Source: an uncultured Deferribacteres bacterium
GTDB taxonomy: Bacteria > Zhuqueibacterota > Zhuqueibacteria > Zhuqueibacterales > Geothermadaptataceae
Assembly: GCA_964014485.1 (NCBI GenBank)
Contig: CAXHAT010000137.1
Location: 1-21,756, forward strand
Length of the DNA stretch: 21,756 bases
Reading direction: 5' to 3'
Positions within the stretch are counted from its first letter, which is position 1; every line of letters starts with the position of its first letter. A model generated the notes under the pieces. It did no database searches, was not told the DNA's origin, and saw nothing but the letters and a program-made list of their open reading frames with translations. Shown here one piece after another: positions 8,261 through 16,329 of this stretch. Both the position numbers and the translations under genes were made by a program.

Positions 8261-9786
8261 TGTCCGCCCTCCGGTTTCCGCACCACGCCTACATTGCGAT
8301 TTTCAGCGATTAAGTATTTTTTTGCCAGACTCTGAATATTATCGGCGCTTGTTTTCTCGCGCAAAGACAAGTGTTTTTCAAGCGTCGTCCAATGATCCAT
8401 CGTTTGAAAATGACCGATTTCAAAAGCAAGCCGATCCGGGTCTTGCGCTGTGCGCCGCCAAGCCACTCTCAATTTCTTTTTCGCATAATCGAGCACATCC
8501 TTTTTAACCGGCGTTTTCTTTAAAGCTTCAAAAGTTTCGAGCATCACCCGTTCAGTTTTTTCGAGATCGTTCTCATTTTGCAGAACAACTTCGGCATTCA
8601 TCGTTCCCGGCACGCCAAAACGCGCCGTGTGCACAACTCGCGTGTTGACGTTCACGCTTCCGAAAACGCCTGCTTTTTTCAAACTTGCGCTCAAAGTCTG
8701 CGACAACGCTTCCCCGAAAACGTCAAAATGCGGACGTTCAGGATGGCCGATTGCCGGAATTTTGAAACGAATTTCCACGCGCGGAGCCAGTTTCTCGCTG
8801 CGCCAAACCAAACGTTTCTCGGCCAAAGGCTTGGGTTCAATTGCTTTTACAAAAGGCGGCTCCGGCGCGCGCTCCATCCAGCCGAAATAATGCTCCGTTA
8901 GCCGAACCATCTGCTCCATCGTCACGCCGCCGATGAAAATGAGCGTGGTGTTGTTGGGCACGAAAAACGTTTCGAACAAATTGCGCTCATATTCGCGGGT
9001 GTATTGATAAAAATCGCTCAACCAACCCTCCGGCCAATAAACCGGGTGGACCGTCTGCACCATCGCGTTCATCGCTTCGTAATACGGCGTGGTTAAGCGG
9101 TTCAAATCGCCGTAGCGCTGCTCGACAAGAATCATGCGTTCCTGGTCAAACTCGCGAAAAACCGTGTTTCTCATACGGTCGGCTTCCACGCGCAGAAAAA
9201 CCGCGACGCGCTCTTTCGGCAGATTGATGTCAAACTTCATGTATTCCTGCTCGGTCGTGGCCGTCAGTTTTTCGCCGCCGAAGCCTTGGTACCATCGCAT
9301 CATCTCGCCGTTTTTGCGCAGGTGCGCACTCTCACGATTCAGGCGATCAATCTCCGCGCGTAAACTATCGATTTCCGGCGTGGATTCGGCGTGCTGATAT
9401 TCCAGAAACACGCCGCGTTGCGTCAATGCGTTGCGCGCCTTGTTTTGGGCTGCAATCAGCGCTTTTTCAGTGGTGGTGATCTGGTCGATAAACGGTTTTT
9501 CTTTCGTCCAATCTCGCGAGCCGAGCGTCGGCGTGCCCTTGAACATCAAATGCTCCAGGTAGTGCGCCGAGCCAAGATCACCTACGGTTTCGTTAAACGC
9601 GCCCATGTCCGTAAAAATCTTGCACGCCACGCGGTGGTTTTCCGGCTGCTCGATCACCAGCAAGCGTAAGCCGTTGTCAAAAATGTGCTCTTTGACGCCA
9701 AGGTCATATTCCGCGCTCCAAAGCTGCGCCGTTAGCGCGCAACAGGTCAACAGCATGCCGCTTAGAAATTTTCCAAAAATCCGCAT
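8257..9786 (-). CDS. M16-family zinc peptidase, HxxEH-bearing subunit, secreted
   Basis: Signal peptide; FDNGLRLL; GSAHYLEHLMFKGT (HYLEH at 9550-9564); FVPNNTTL. ATG at 9786 follows a GGAGGAAGG RBS (the track starts at TTG 9789). Confidence 0.92.
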   Translation of the reverse strand: MRIFGKFLSGMLLTCCALTAQLWSAEYDLGVKEHIFDNGLRLLVIEQPENHRVACKIFTDMGAFNETVGDLGSAHYLEHLMFKGTPTLGSRDWTKEKPFIDQITTTEKALIAAQNKARNALTQRGVFLEYQHAESTPEIDSLRAEIDRLNRESAHLRKNGEMMRWYQGFGGEKLTATTEQEYMKFDINLPKERVAVFLRVEADRMRNTVFREFDQERMILVEQRYGDLNRLTTPYYEAMNAMVQTVHPVYWPEGWLSDFYQYTREYERNLFETFFVPNNTTLIFIGGVTMEQMVRLTEHYFGWMERAPEPPFVKAIEPKPLAEKRLVWRSEKLAPRVEIRFKIPAIGHPERPHFDVFGEALSQTLSASLKKAGVFGSVNVNTRVVHTARFGVPGTMNAEVVLQNENDLEKTERVMLETFEALKKTPVKKDVLDYAKKKLRVAWRRTAQDPDRLAFEIGHFQTMDHWTTLEKHLSLREKTSADNIQSLAKKYLIAENRNVGVVRKPEGGQ

Positions 9787-9881
9787 CAAACCTTCCTCCG
9801 ATTCAAACGAGAAGTACCAATTACTACAACGTCAAGTTAGCCTCAAAGAACCAGCACTTACACGCGTGAGCACTTGAAAAA

Positions 9882-9972
9882 CAGCTTGAAAGCTGAACTA
9901 CAAACGACAGAACCTTTTGACGTCCTGGGTAGAAGAGATCTTGCTGTCGTTTGTAGTTCACACTTCAGTGTG
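9882..9972. repeat. Back-to-back GTAG-type REP-like pair within a 17-bp perfect inverted repeat
   Basis: TGAACTACAAACGACAG (9894-9910) / CTGTCGTTTGTAGTTCA (9944-9960). The units are GTAG-TT-CAGCT-TTCA-AGCTG (- strand, 9882-9901) and GTAG-TT-CACAC-TTCA-GTGTG (+ strand, 9953-9972). Confidence 0.8.
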
Positions 9973-10172
9973 TCTTTCACAACCGTTCTGAGGCAGACCT
10001 AAAGTTGTAGTACAATTGACGACTTGCTCAAAATAGTTCGCCAAACGCTTGAAACCATTCTAAAGAGAACGAACTTTCATTTCGCGACCGAATCCTTTGC
10101 ATTTCAATCCAGGAAATTCTACGCTAATGAAAATTGCTCTGCACAAAAGCCAGTAAAAACCAAATTTGAAGA

Positions 10173-12254
10173 ATGAATATGCGTCGAATCTCTCGGAAAC
10201 TCCGTTCGCAGTTGACATTTCTCGCGCTGCTTTTTGCCGTTGCTTTGCAAGGCGCAACGAAAAGACAAAACCAAGTTCACGTTCAGGTGATAAGCACTGA
10301 ATTTCGAGACGGCGAAGCGCCTGATCTGGAATTTTCTCAACAACTCAAATCCTTTCTCGCAGAAAACGATTTTACGCTGCAAACGACAAGCGCAAAAATC
10401 GATTTCAGCACTCCAGGCGCGCTTCAGGAAATCAGGAGTTTGACTTCGAGAAACAATCCTGACGTGGCTGTCTTGCAGATTGGTTTTCATGGCATTGAAG
10501 CAATTGTTGGAAGCAATCAACCGCCTTCAACCCAACTCAAAATCCGGCTGGCGGACGGCCTGCGCGAATTTATTGAAGCGCTGCGAGAAAACGCCGGCGC
10601 GGTCGTTCTGATGACGCCGAATCCCGTACGATGGACGCCGGAGCTCAAGGCACGATATTTCAGCCGGCATTATAACACGCTTGCCCCCAAAGGTTTGAAT
10701 GTTTTGCTGCGTGAATATGCTCAAATCATGCGAAATATTGCGCGGGAAATGCATGTTCCATTGATCGACGTTTTTAAAGACTTCGAATATCTCGCGATGA
10801 CAAACCGCGACGGCGCTCTGCCTTTTCTAAAAGAACACACGCCGTTTTCAGTTGATGATTTGCTCGAAAATGGTGCGCGCCCAAACACTCTCGGCGCCCA
10901 AATCATCGCGAAAAAATTAGCCGATAAAATAATGCTGGTTTTGGACGGTAAAACTCAAACGCACAGCTTTCCAACGGGTAAAGAGAGAGGTTTTTCCATT
11001 CCAACCATCGACCTTGCCCATGAGCGTCATCGTCAAGTCATCGTTGATCAGGAGCCGGGACAATATCTCGGACATCCGACGACGGTTTTGTTGGACGATC
11101 AGCAGACGATGATCGCCGTATATCCAAAGGGCCACGGGCGCGGCGGCATTGTGATGAAACGCAGCGAAGACGGCGGCAGAACCTGGAGCGAACGCTTGCC
11201 GGTTCCCGAAAGCTGGGCGGCGTCCAAAGAAGTGCCGACGATTTACAAAGTTTACGACGGCGAAAACAAACGACGATTGATCATGTTTTCCGGACTGTAC
11301 CCCATCATGATGGCCGTATCCGAAGACGACGGCTCAACCTGGTCGGAGCTTAAACCGATTGGCGAATACGGCGGCATCGTTGCGACATCGTCGATGGTGC
11401 GGCTTTCCAACGGCGATTACATGACGCAATTTCACGACGACGGGCGCTTTCTGCGCAACGGCGGCAAGTGGACGGGGAAATTTGACGTTTTCAAAATTCT
11501 TTCAAAAGACGGAGGCCTAAGTTGGAGCGAGCCGGAATTGATCACGCACGCGCCGTACGCCCATCTTTGCGAAGGCGGATTCGTATGGTCGCCGGACGGC
11601 AAGGAATTGGCGATTTTGCTGCGTGAAAACTCGCGCCAGTACAATTCCTTCGTCGTTTTTTCGCAAGACGAAGGCAAGACCTGGAGCCAGCCGCAGGAAC
11701 TTCCAGGCGCGCTCACCGGAGACCGCCACGTTGCGAAATACGCGCCTGACGGCCGCTTATTCATTACTTTCCGGGATAGAACTTCCGATGGAGGCAGCCC
11801 AACCGAGGGAGACTGGGTCGGCTGGATCGGCGGATACGAAGACCTCAAGCACGGACGCGACGGTCTCTACCGCGTTCGGTTGATGGACAATACAAAAGAT
11901 TGGGATTGCTGTTACCCGGGGCTGGAGCTTCTGCCGAACGGTGAGTTTGTCACAACGACTTACGGGCATTGGACGACGGGAGAATCGCCTTACATTGCCA
12001 GCGTGCGTTTTAAAATGGAAGAAATTGACGCACGCGCCGCCGGAACGACGCTGACGGATATTTTGGCGATTCAATCCGAAGCGATGGAATTCATCGACGC
12101 GAAAATAACGCCGCCGGAAGGATGGGCGGCTTTTCGTTTTCAACAGTTGGCTGACGCAAATCTGTCTATTGAAAATATTCCCCATTCGCTCGTCAAAATG
12201 ACCAAATCCCTCGTCGCCGCCGCAGACTCAACAAAAATGAAGGCGTCCCAATGA
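10173..12254 (+). CDS. Secreted fusion of a degenerate SGNH/GDSL-like domain and a BNR Asp-box (sialidase-like) beta-propeller
   Basis: Signal peptide. SGNH-like scaffold (PDVAVLQIG, VVLMTPNP, VPLIDVF, RPNTLGAQIIA). Four Asp boxes (SEDGGRTWS, SEDDGSTWS, SKDGGLSWS, SQDEGKTWS) and a CYP motif. The start may be 10179. Confidence 0.85.
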   Translation: MNMRRISRKLRSQLTFLALLFAVALQGATKRQNQVHVQVISTEFRDGEAPDLEFSQQLKSFLAENDFTLQTTSAKIDFSTPGALQEIRSLTSRNNPDVAVLQIGFHGIEAIVGSNQPPSTQLKIRLADGLREFIEALRENAGAVVLMTPNPVRWTPELKARYFSRHYNTLAPKGLNVLLREYAQIMRNIAREMHVPLIDVFKDFEYLAMTNRDGALPFLKEHTPFSVDDLLENGARPNTLGAQIIAKKLADKIMLVLDGKTQTHSFPTGKERGFSIPTIDLAHERHRQVIVDQEPGQYLGHPTTVLLDDQQTMIAVYPKGHGRGGIVMKRSEDGGRTWSERLPVPESWAASKEVPTIYKVYDGENKRRLIMFSGLYPIMMAVSEDDGSTWSELKPIGEYGGIVATSSMVRLSNGDYMTQFHDDGRFLRNGGKWTGKFDVFKILSKDGGLSWSEPELITHAPYAHLCEGGFVWSPDGKELAILLRENSRQYNSFVVFSQDEGKTWSQPQELPGALTGDRHVAKYAPDGRLFITFRDRTSDGGSPTEGDWVGWIGGYEDLKHGRDGLYRVRLMDNTKDWDCCYPGLELLPNGEFVTTTYGHWTTGESPYIASVRFKMEEIDARAAGTTLTDILAIQSEAMEFIDAKITPPEGWAAFRFQQLADANLSIENIPHSLVKMTKSLVAAADSTKMKASQ

Positions 12255-13120
12255 AAAATAAGACTATTTACTTCGCTTTACCTGCGCTCAGTTTGCTTAT
12301 CGCCGTTATTGTCGCGGTGATGTATGAAACGCTCAATATGAAAATGGCGCACGTTGTTTTGAGCACCGGCGTGTTTCTTTTCATTGCCGCGTTCTTCGTT
12401 GGCAGGCGCGACGAGGAGGGTTTGCATTTGCGCGCAATTCTTTTGGGCGGACCATACTTTCTCCTGGCTTTCGCGCTGGTTTTTATTCAATTAGCTTCCA
12501 TCTTTTATGTTCTGCCGTTGGTCGCACTCATCAGCGTTTATCTAGGATTCTACGCAAAAGCCCAAGCTGGCGGAATCGTTAGAGTTTTGCCGTTCGTTGT
12601 GGTTTGGGGCGTTTTAACCGCCGCCGGTTTTTACGTCACCCGACCTGAATTTCAAAAACAGGAGTTGAGTGCGGAACTGCTGGAAAACGCCCCGGCATTC
12701 TCGCTGCAAACCCTGGAGGGCGAGCCGATTTCTTCGGAAGATTTTACAGGGAAAGTGACGCTGTTGGATTTTTGGGCGACGTGGTGCGGGCCGTGTCGAG
12801 TGCAGTTTCCGGAGCTGCAGCAAATCTATGAAAAGTATGCTGATCGTTCCGATTTTGCTTTTCTTGCCGTCAACACAAGCTGGAGCGATGACACCATTGA
12901 AAAGGCCAAGCGGTTTTTAGCGCAAAATCCTTACACTTTTCCAGTCGCCTACGACGACGGCGGCGGCGTGACGCAATCGATGGACATTGCCGGGTTGCCT
13001 CACACTATTTTGATCGACAAGAACGGAAAAATCCGCATGCGGCATACCGGAATTCTCAAAAATAAAGGAGAGTTATTTCAAGGATTATCGCAGCGGATTG
13101 ATGAGCTTATTGCCGAATAA
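12251..13120 (+). CDS. TlpA/ResA-like thiol-disulfide oxidoreductase with an N-terminal multi-TM domain
   Basis: About 5 hydrophobic helices, then APAFSLQTLEG...GKVTLLDFWATWCGPC...GLPHTILIDKNG. ATGA overlap with the upstream gene. Confidence 0.92.
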   Translation: MKNKTIYFALPALSLLIAVIVAVMYETLNMKMAHVVLSTGVFLFIAAFFVGRRDEEGLHLRAILLGGPYFLLAFALVFIQLASIFYVLPLVALISVYLGFYAKAQAGGIVRVLPFVVVWGVLTAAGFYVTRPEFQKQELSAELLENAPAFSLQTLEGEPISSEDFTGKVTLLDFWATWCGPCRVQFPELQQIYEKYADRSDFAFLAVNTSWSDDTIEKAKRFLAQNPYTFPVAYDDGGGVTQSMDIAGLPHTILIDKNGKIRMRHTGILKNKGELFQGLSQRIDELIAE

Positions 13121-13152
13121 AACGATTTGACTCAACATTTCAAATACGCTGA

Positions 13153-13617
13153 TTAACCGCCGCCGTTGCGTGCGCCTATTTCTGTGAGGATTTTTACATC
13201 TTCGCCCATCATCACTTTCGCCTTGCTGACAAACCCGATAGCCCCAGCGGTTGAAGCGACTTTTTCCAGCATATCTTCTTCAGACCCCATGCGTTCCGGG
13301 GGATCACCTTCTCCGGAAAGCATCTTTTTTAACCAAATGGATTTCATCCTGGTCGAGCTTTTCCCCAAAAACTTGTAAAATGCAATCTTGACAGCGTCTT
13401 TCGGTTTCAAATCCAGAACCACTATTGGCTGATCGTCGCTCCACTTTTTGACTTCGCCTGAATATACGTTTAGTAATTCCACCTTCCGGATTGTATCCAT
13501 GGGCACGGATTTGTGGGCAATTACGACGACTTGCGCCCTGGAAGACGCCGCCCATACGAACAGGCAAGCAAGTAAACTTGCTGTACGTATCACTGTTTTT
13601 CTTTGCGTCTTCATCAT
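13153..13617 (-). CDS. Small single-lobe periplasmic-binding-protein-like protein (often annotated as phosphate ABC substrate-binding)
   Basis: Signal peptide, then AQVVVIAHKSV...YSGEVKKW...KVASTAGAIGFV. 154 aa, 8 bp downstream of the porin gene. Confidence 0.78.
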   Translation of the reverse strand: MMKTQRKTVIRTASLLACLFVWAASSRAQVVVIAHKSVPMDTIRKVELLNVYSGEVKKWSDDQPIVVLDLKPKDAVKIAFYKFLGKSSTRMKSIWLKKMLSGEGDPPERMGSEEDMLEKVASTAGAIGFVSKAKVMMGEDVKILTEIGARNGGG

Positions 13618-13625
13618 CTTCAGTT

Positions 13626-14774
13626 TTAAAAGTACACAGACAGCGCCGTTTGCCAGACGTTGAAATTTTCCTGTTCTGCTTCTACGATATTCGTGCCAGT
13701 GAACTCTCGCCTTTCATCGTTTCTCACTCTCGCATATTGTCCTTTGAATCGGACTCTGTAATTCAAATCGAAAGCAAAGCCAATCGTAGGCGTGTAGATG
13801 TCTTCATCCTCGATGTACCCGTCATTCGGATACAGGAAAGCAACATCCACTCTCGTAAACCAGAAACTGCCGTAGCAAAACAACTTTTCACTAAATTGAT
13901 AACCTATTGTCGCATAATAGAAATCCAGGTTGACGTCCACTTCGGGCGCATTTTCATCGATCCTAACGGTTATCAATTCACTCTCGAAGGAAAAATTTGC
14001 AATATTGTACGACAAATCGCCGCCTAAACGTGTCGTTGGCCACTCCCGAAATTCTGAGACGGAGCGACCGAAATCCTGCGCCAACTCGACAAAATCATTC
14101 GTTTTTTCATAAGTCGCCGAGACGCCTAACTTCAATTCCTTATGTCTCAGGCCAAGCCGGCCTCCGAAAAGAAAAGTCGTCGTCGTGTCGACTCCGGTTT
14201 GCCATTTTTGACTGTCATTATTGATGTTAGCACCGTTGCCTGCATACGCAGCGTATTCAAATAACGTCTCGCCGGACGGCAGAATGCCATAAAGCTGCGC
14301 AAATGCTCGGGAGGGAACAAACACTTCAACAGGAATCAGCTCATTAAACGACGTTTCATAGACAAGGGGACGAATAATGTACGGTAAGATCGGCGTTCGA
14401 TTCTTAATCTCGTTAAGATTGTTGAATTGAGGGATTTGCAACCCAATCTTGACGTTGAATTTCATGCCAGTCCTATATCGAACCCACGCTTCTTCAAGGT
14501 TCATTGCCCCCCAACTCCGGCTGGATGAAAAGTTATTTAGCAATTCAAAATTTACAAAGGCGGTCCAGTCCAGGCTAAAATCTTTTTGCAGAAACAGATT
14601 GAGCTGTTGCAAGCTAAAAGAATTTCTTGCTGTATGATCGATTCCTTCCGACCAATGGTGGAGCGAAGTTTGAAAATAGCCGAACAGTTTAATCGGGGAC
14701 TCCTTCTGCCGAGAAAAGGAGTTCCCAACACAAATCATCAACGAAATCCAGATAAGTAATATCTTGAGTTTCAT
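13626..14774 (-). CDS. Outer-membrane beta-barrel (porin-like) protein
   Basis: Signal peptide; LFGYFQ, LEEAWVRY, KIGLQIPQF; amphipathic strands; C-terminal aromatic BAM-type ending LSVYF. Confidence 0.8.
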   Translation of the reverse strand: MKLKILLIWISLMICVGNSFSRQKESPIKLFGYFQTSLHHWSEGIDHTARNSFSLQQLNLFLQKDFSLDWTAFVNFELLNNFSSSRSWGAMNLEEAWVRYRTGMKFNVKIGLQIPQFNNLNEIKNRTPILPYIIRPLVYETSFNELIPVEVFVPSRAFAQLYGILPSGETLFEYAAYAGNGANINNDSQKWQTGVDTTTTFLFGGRLGLRHKELKLGVSATYEKTNDFVELAQDFGRSVSEFREWPTTRLGGDLSYNIANFSFESELITVRIDENAPEVDVNLDFYYATIGYQFSEKLFCYGSFWFTRVDVAFLYPNDGYIEDEDIYTPTIGFAFDLNYRVRFKGQYARVRNDERREFTGTNIVEAEQENFNVWQTALSVYF

Positions 14775-14962
14775 AGCAGTTTTGGTTTTAAATCACTAGC
14801 AGAAGGCTGCGGCGTCTAGTGATGATGCGTTCTTGAAATTCTTGGCTTAGTGCGATTAAAAATTTCGGTGTATTGCAATTCTCTCGTCGTTCTAACCTGC
14901 AAAACAGCTTCTATCATTTACAAGAAGAAGTTCACGGAAAGAGACCTGAAAAGGTAATTGGC

Positions 14963-15436
14963 TTACCTGGATGAGCTGAGATGCAATTTCATCCCTTCAT
15001 GTGAAGCCTTGAACCCCAGGCTCTCATAAAACCGCAGCGCGTTCGGGCGTGACTTATCCGTCGTAAGCTGTACAAGGTGGCAGCCGTGTTCACGCGCACG
15101 GTTAATTCCCCATAAGAACAACTCTCGTCCCAACCCTTTCGAGCGGAATTCTGGCGCTACCCTCACCCCTTCTATTTGCGCTCTCCAGCCGCCCCCGTAA
15201 GTCAAATAAGGCAAAAACGACAGTTGCATCACCCCGCAGACTTGATCATCAACCGTCACCACAATCAGCTCATGATTCGGATCGCGGTCAATTGCTTCAA
15301 ATGCGGCGTAGTAGCTCTGCGGCAGCGGCGACTCCAAGCGCTCACGTTTTGCGCCAAGCGGATCATTCGCCAACAGCGCGACAATCGACGGCACGTCATC
15401 TCGTCGTGCGCTTCGAAATTCAAATTGTGATTTCAT
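14963..15436 (-). CDS. GNAT-family N-acetyltransferase
   Basis: IEGVRVAPEFRSKGLG acetyl-CoA motif A; QLTTDKSRPNALRFYESLGF. Confidence 0.95.
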   Translation of the reverse strand: MKSQFEFRSARRDDVPSIVALLANDPLGAKRERLESPLPQSYYAAFEAIDRDPNHELIVVTVDDQVCGVMQLSFLPYLTYGGGWRAQIEGVRVAPEFRSKGLGRELFLWGINRAREHGCHLVQLTTDKSRPNALRFYESLGFKASHEGMKLHLSSSR

Positions 15437-15523
15437 TGAATCCTACTCATAGACTAAAAAAGAGAACGTCTCAAGAACTTTCAGAACTTGAACCTGAAAA
15501 ACAAACCAAACAGCCCTTAAAGA

Positions 15524-15746
15524 CTGTTTTAAATCTCCCGTAGGGATGCTTCATAGTAACCAGGCGATTTATCGCCTGGAACCGAGGTCTCCTATGATTT
15601 CAAGTCCCGCCAAGGGCGATTGAGGCTGGAAACGTGATAAAATTTCAACCGTCCCTGACGGGACTCGACAAAAAACAAAACGTCATCTTCCCCGGAAGTG
15701 AACTTCCGGGCTACTTTCGACCGTCCCTCCGGGACTTTTAAAACAG
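15524..15746. mobile_element. MITE-like / composite REP element (~223 bp, non-coding)
   Basis: Terminal IR CTGTTTTAAATCTCCCGTAGGGA vs reverse complement CTGTTTTAAAAGTCCCGGAGGGA (20/23). Internal hairpins at 15560-15579 and 15691-15710, and an inner IR at 15603-15623/15645-15665. No transposase in the window. Confidence 0.65.
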
Positions 15747-15799
15747 CTTTTTTGCCAGGGTGAAAGTTTGCAGGAGTTTCTACTCTTTTCAAAAAATAC

Positions 15800-15842
15800 T
15801 TGCGCGCAACGAATGAATTCATTATTTAACTAAAAAAATAGT
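15800..15842 (+). promoter_or_regulatory. Putative blaI promoter and BlaI/MecI-type operator
   Basis: TTGCGC-N17-TATTTA (15800-15828), palindrome AATGAATTCATT (15812-15823), and ACTA-N6-TAGT (15829-15842) resembling the MecI/BlaI dyad ACTACAnnTGTAGT. Confidence 0.45.
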
Positions 15843-15890
15843 AGATGCTTTTTGTAATCATACCAAAACAGTATTTTCAGGAGGCTGCGG

Positions 15891-16283
15891 ATGAAAAAGC
15901 CCAAGAAACTGGCCGAATCGGAATGGGAAATTATGCTCGGCATTTGGAAAATGGAACCTCCGGTCACGGTGCGTGACGTTCATTCGAAAGTTTACCCCAA
16001 CGGCGAAAAAGCTTACACCACAATTCAAACGATCATGAACATTCTCGTTGACAAAGGATTTCTCGGGCGCAAGAAAATCGGCATGGTGAACTTTTACGAT
16101 CCGGCCTATTCAAAGGAAGACGCCGCGAGCAACGAAACGGAAAACCTTGTTTCCCGGCTCTTCCAGGGCTCATTTGGCGCTTTGGCGAATTACTTGATCA
16201 ATTCCGGCGAACTGAGTCAATCCGATCTGAAAGAAATCAAGAACTTGATCGACGAAAAAGAGCGGAACGAATCTGGTTCCTAA
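15891..16283 (+). CDS. BlaI/MecI/CopY-family transcriptional repressor
   Basis: LAESEWEIMLGIW...TVRDV...AYTTIQTIMNILVDKGFL...LFQGSFGAL...LSQSDL; AGGAGG RBS. Confidence 0.95.
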   Translation: MKKPKKLAESEWEIMLGIWKMEPPVTVRDVHSKVYPNGEKAYTTIQTIMNILVDKGFLGRKKIGMVNFYDPAYSKEDAASNETENLVSRLFQGSFGALANYLINSGELSQSDLKEIKNLIDEKERNESGS

Positions 16284-16329
16284 ATTAGCGGATTTGACTA
16301 AAACCATAACTTCCGCGATGGAGGAAAAC

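Noticed and set aside
15592..15822. 76-aa ORF in the GNAT-blaI intergenic region
   Set aside because: It mostly translates the palindromic element and overlaps the predicted promoter, with no protein motif.
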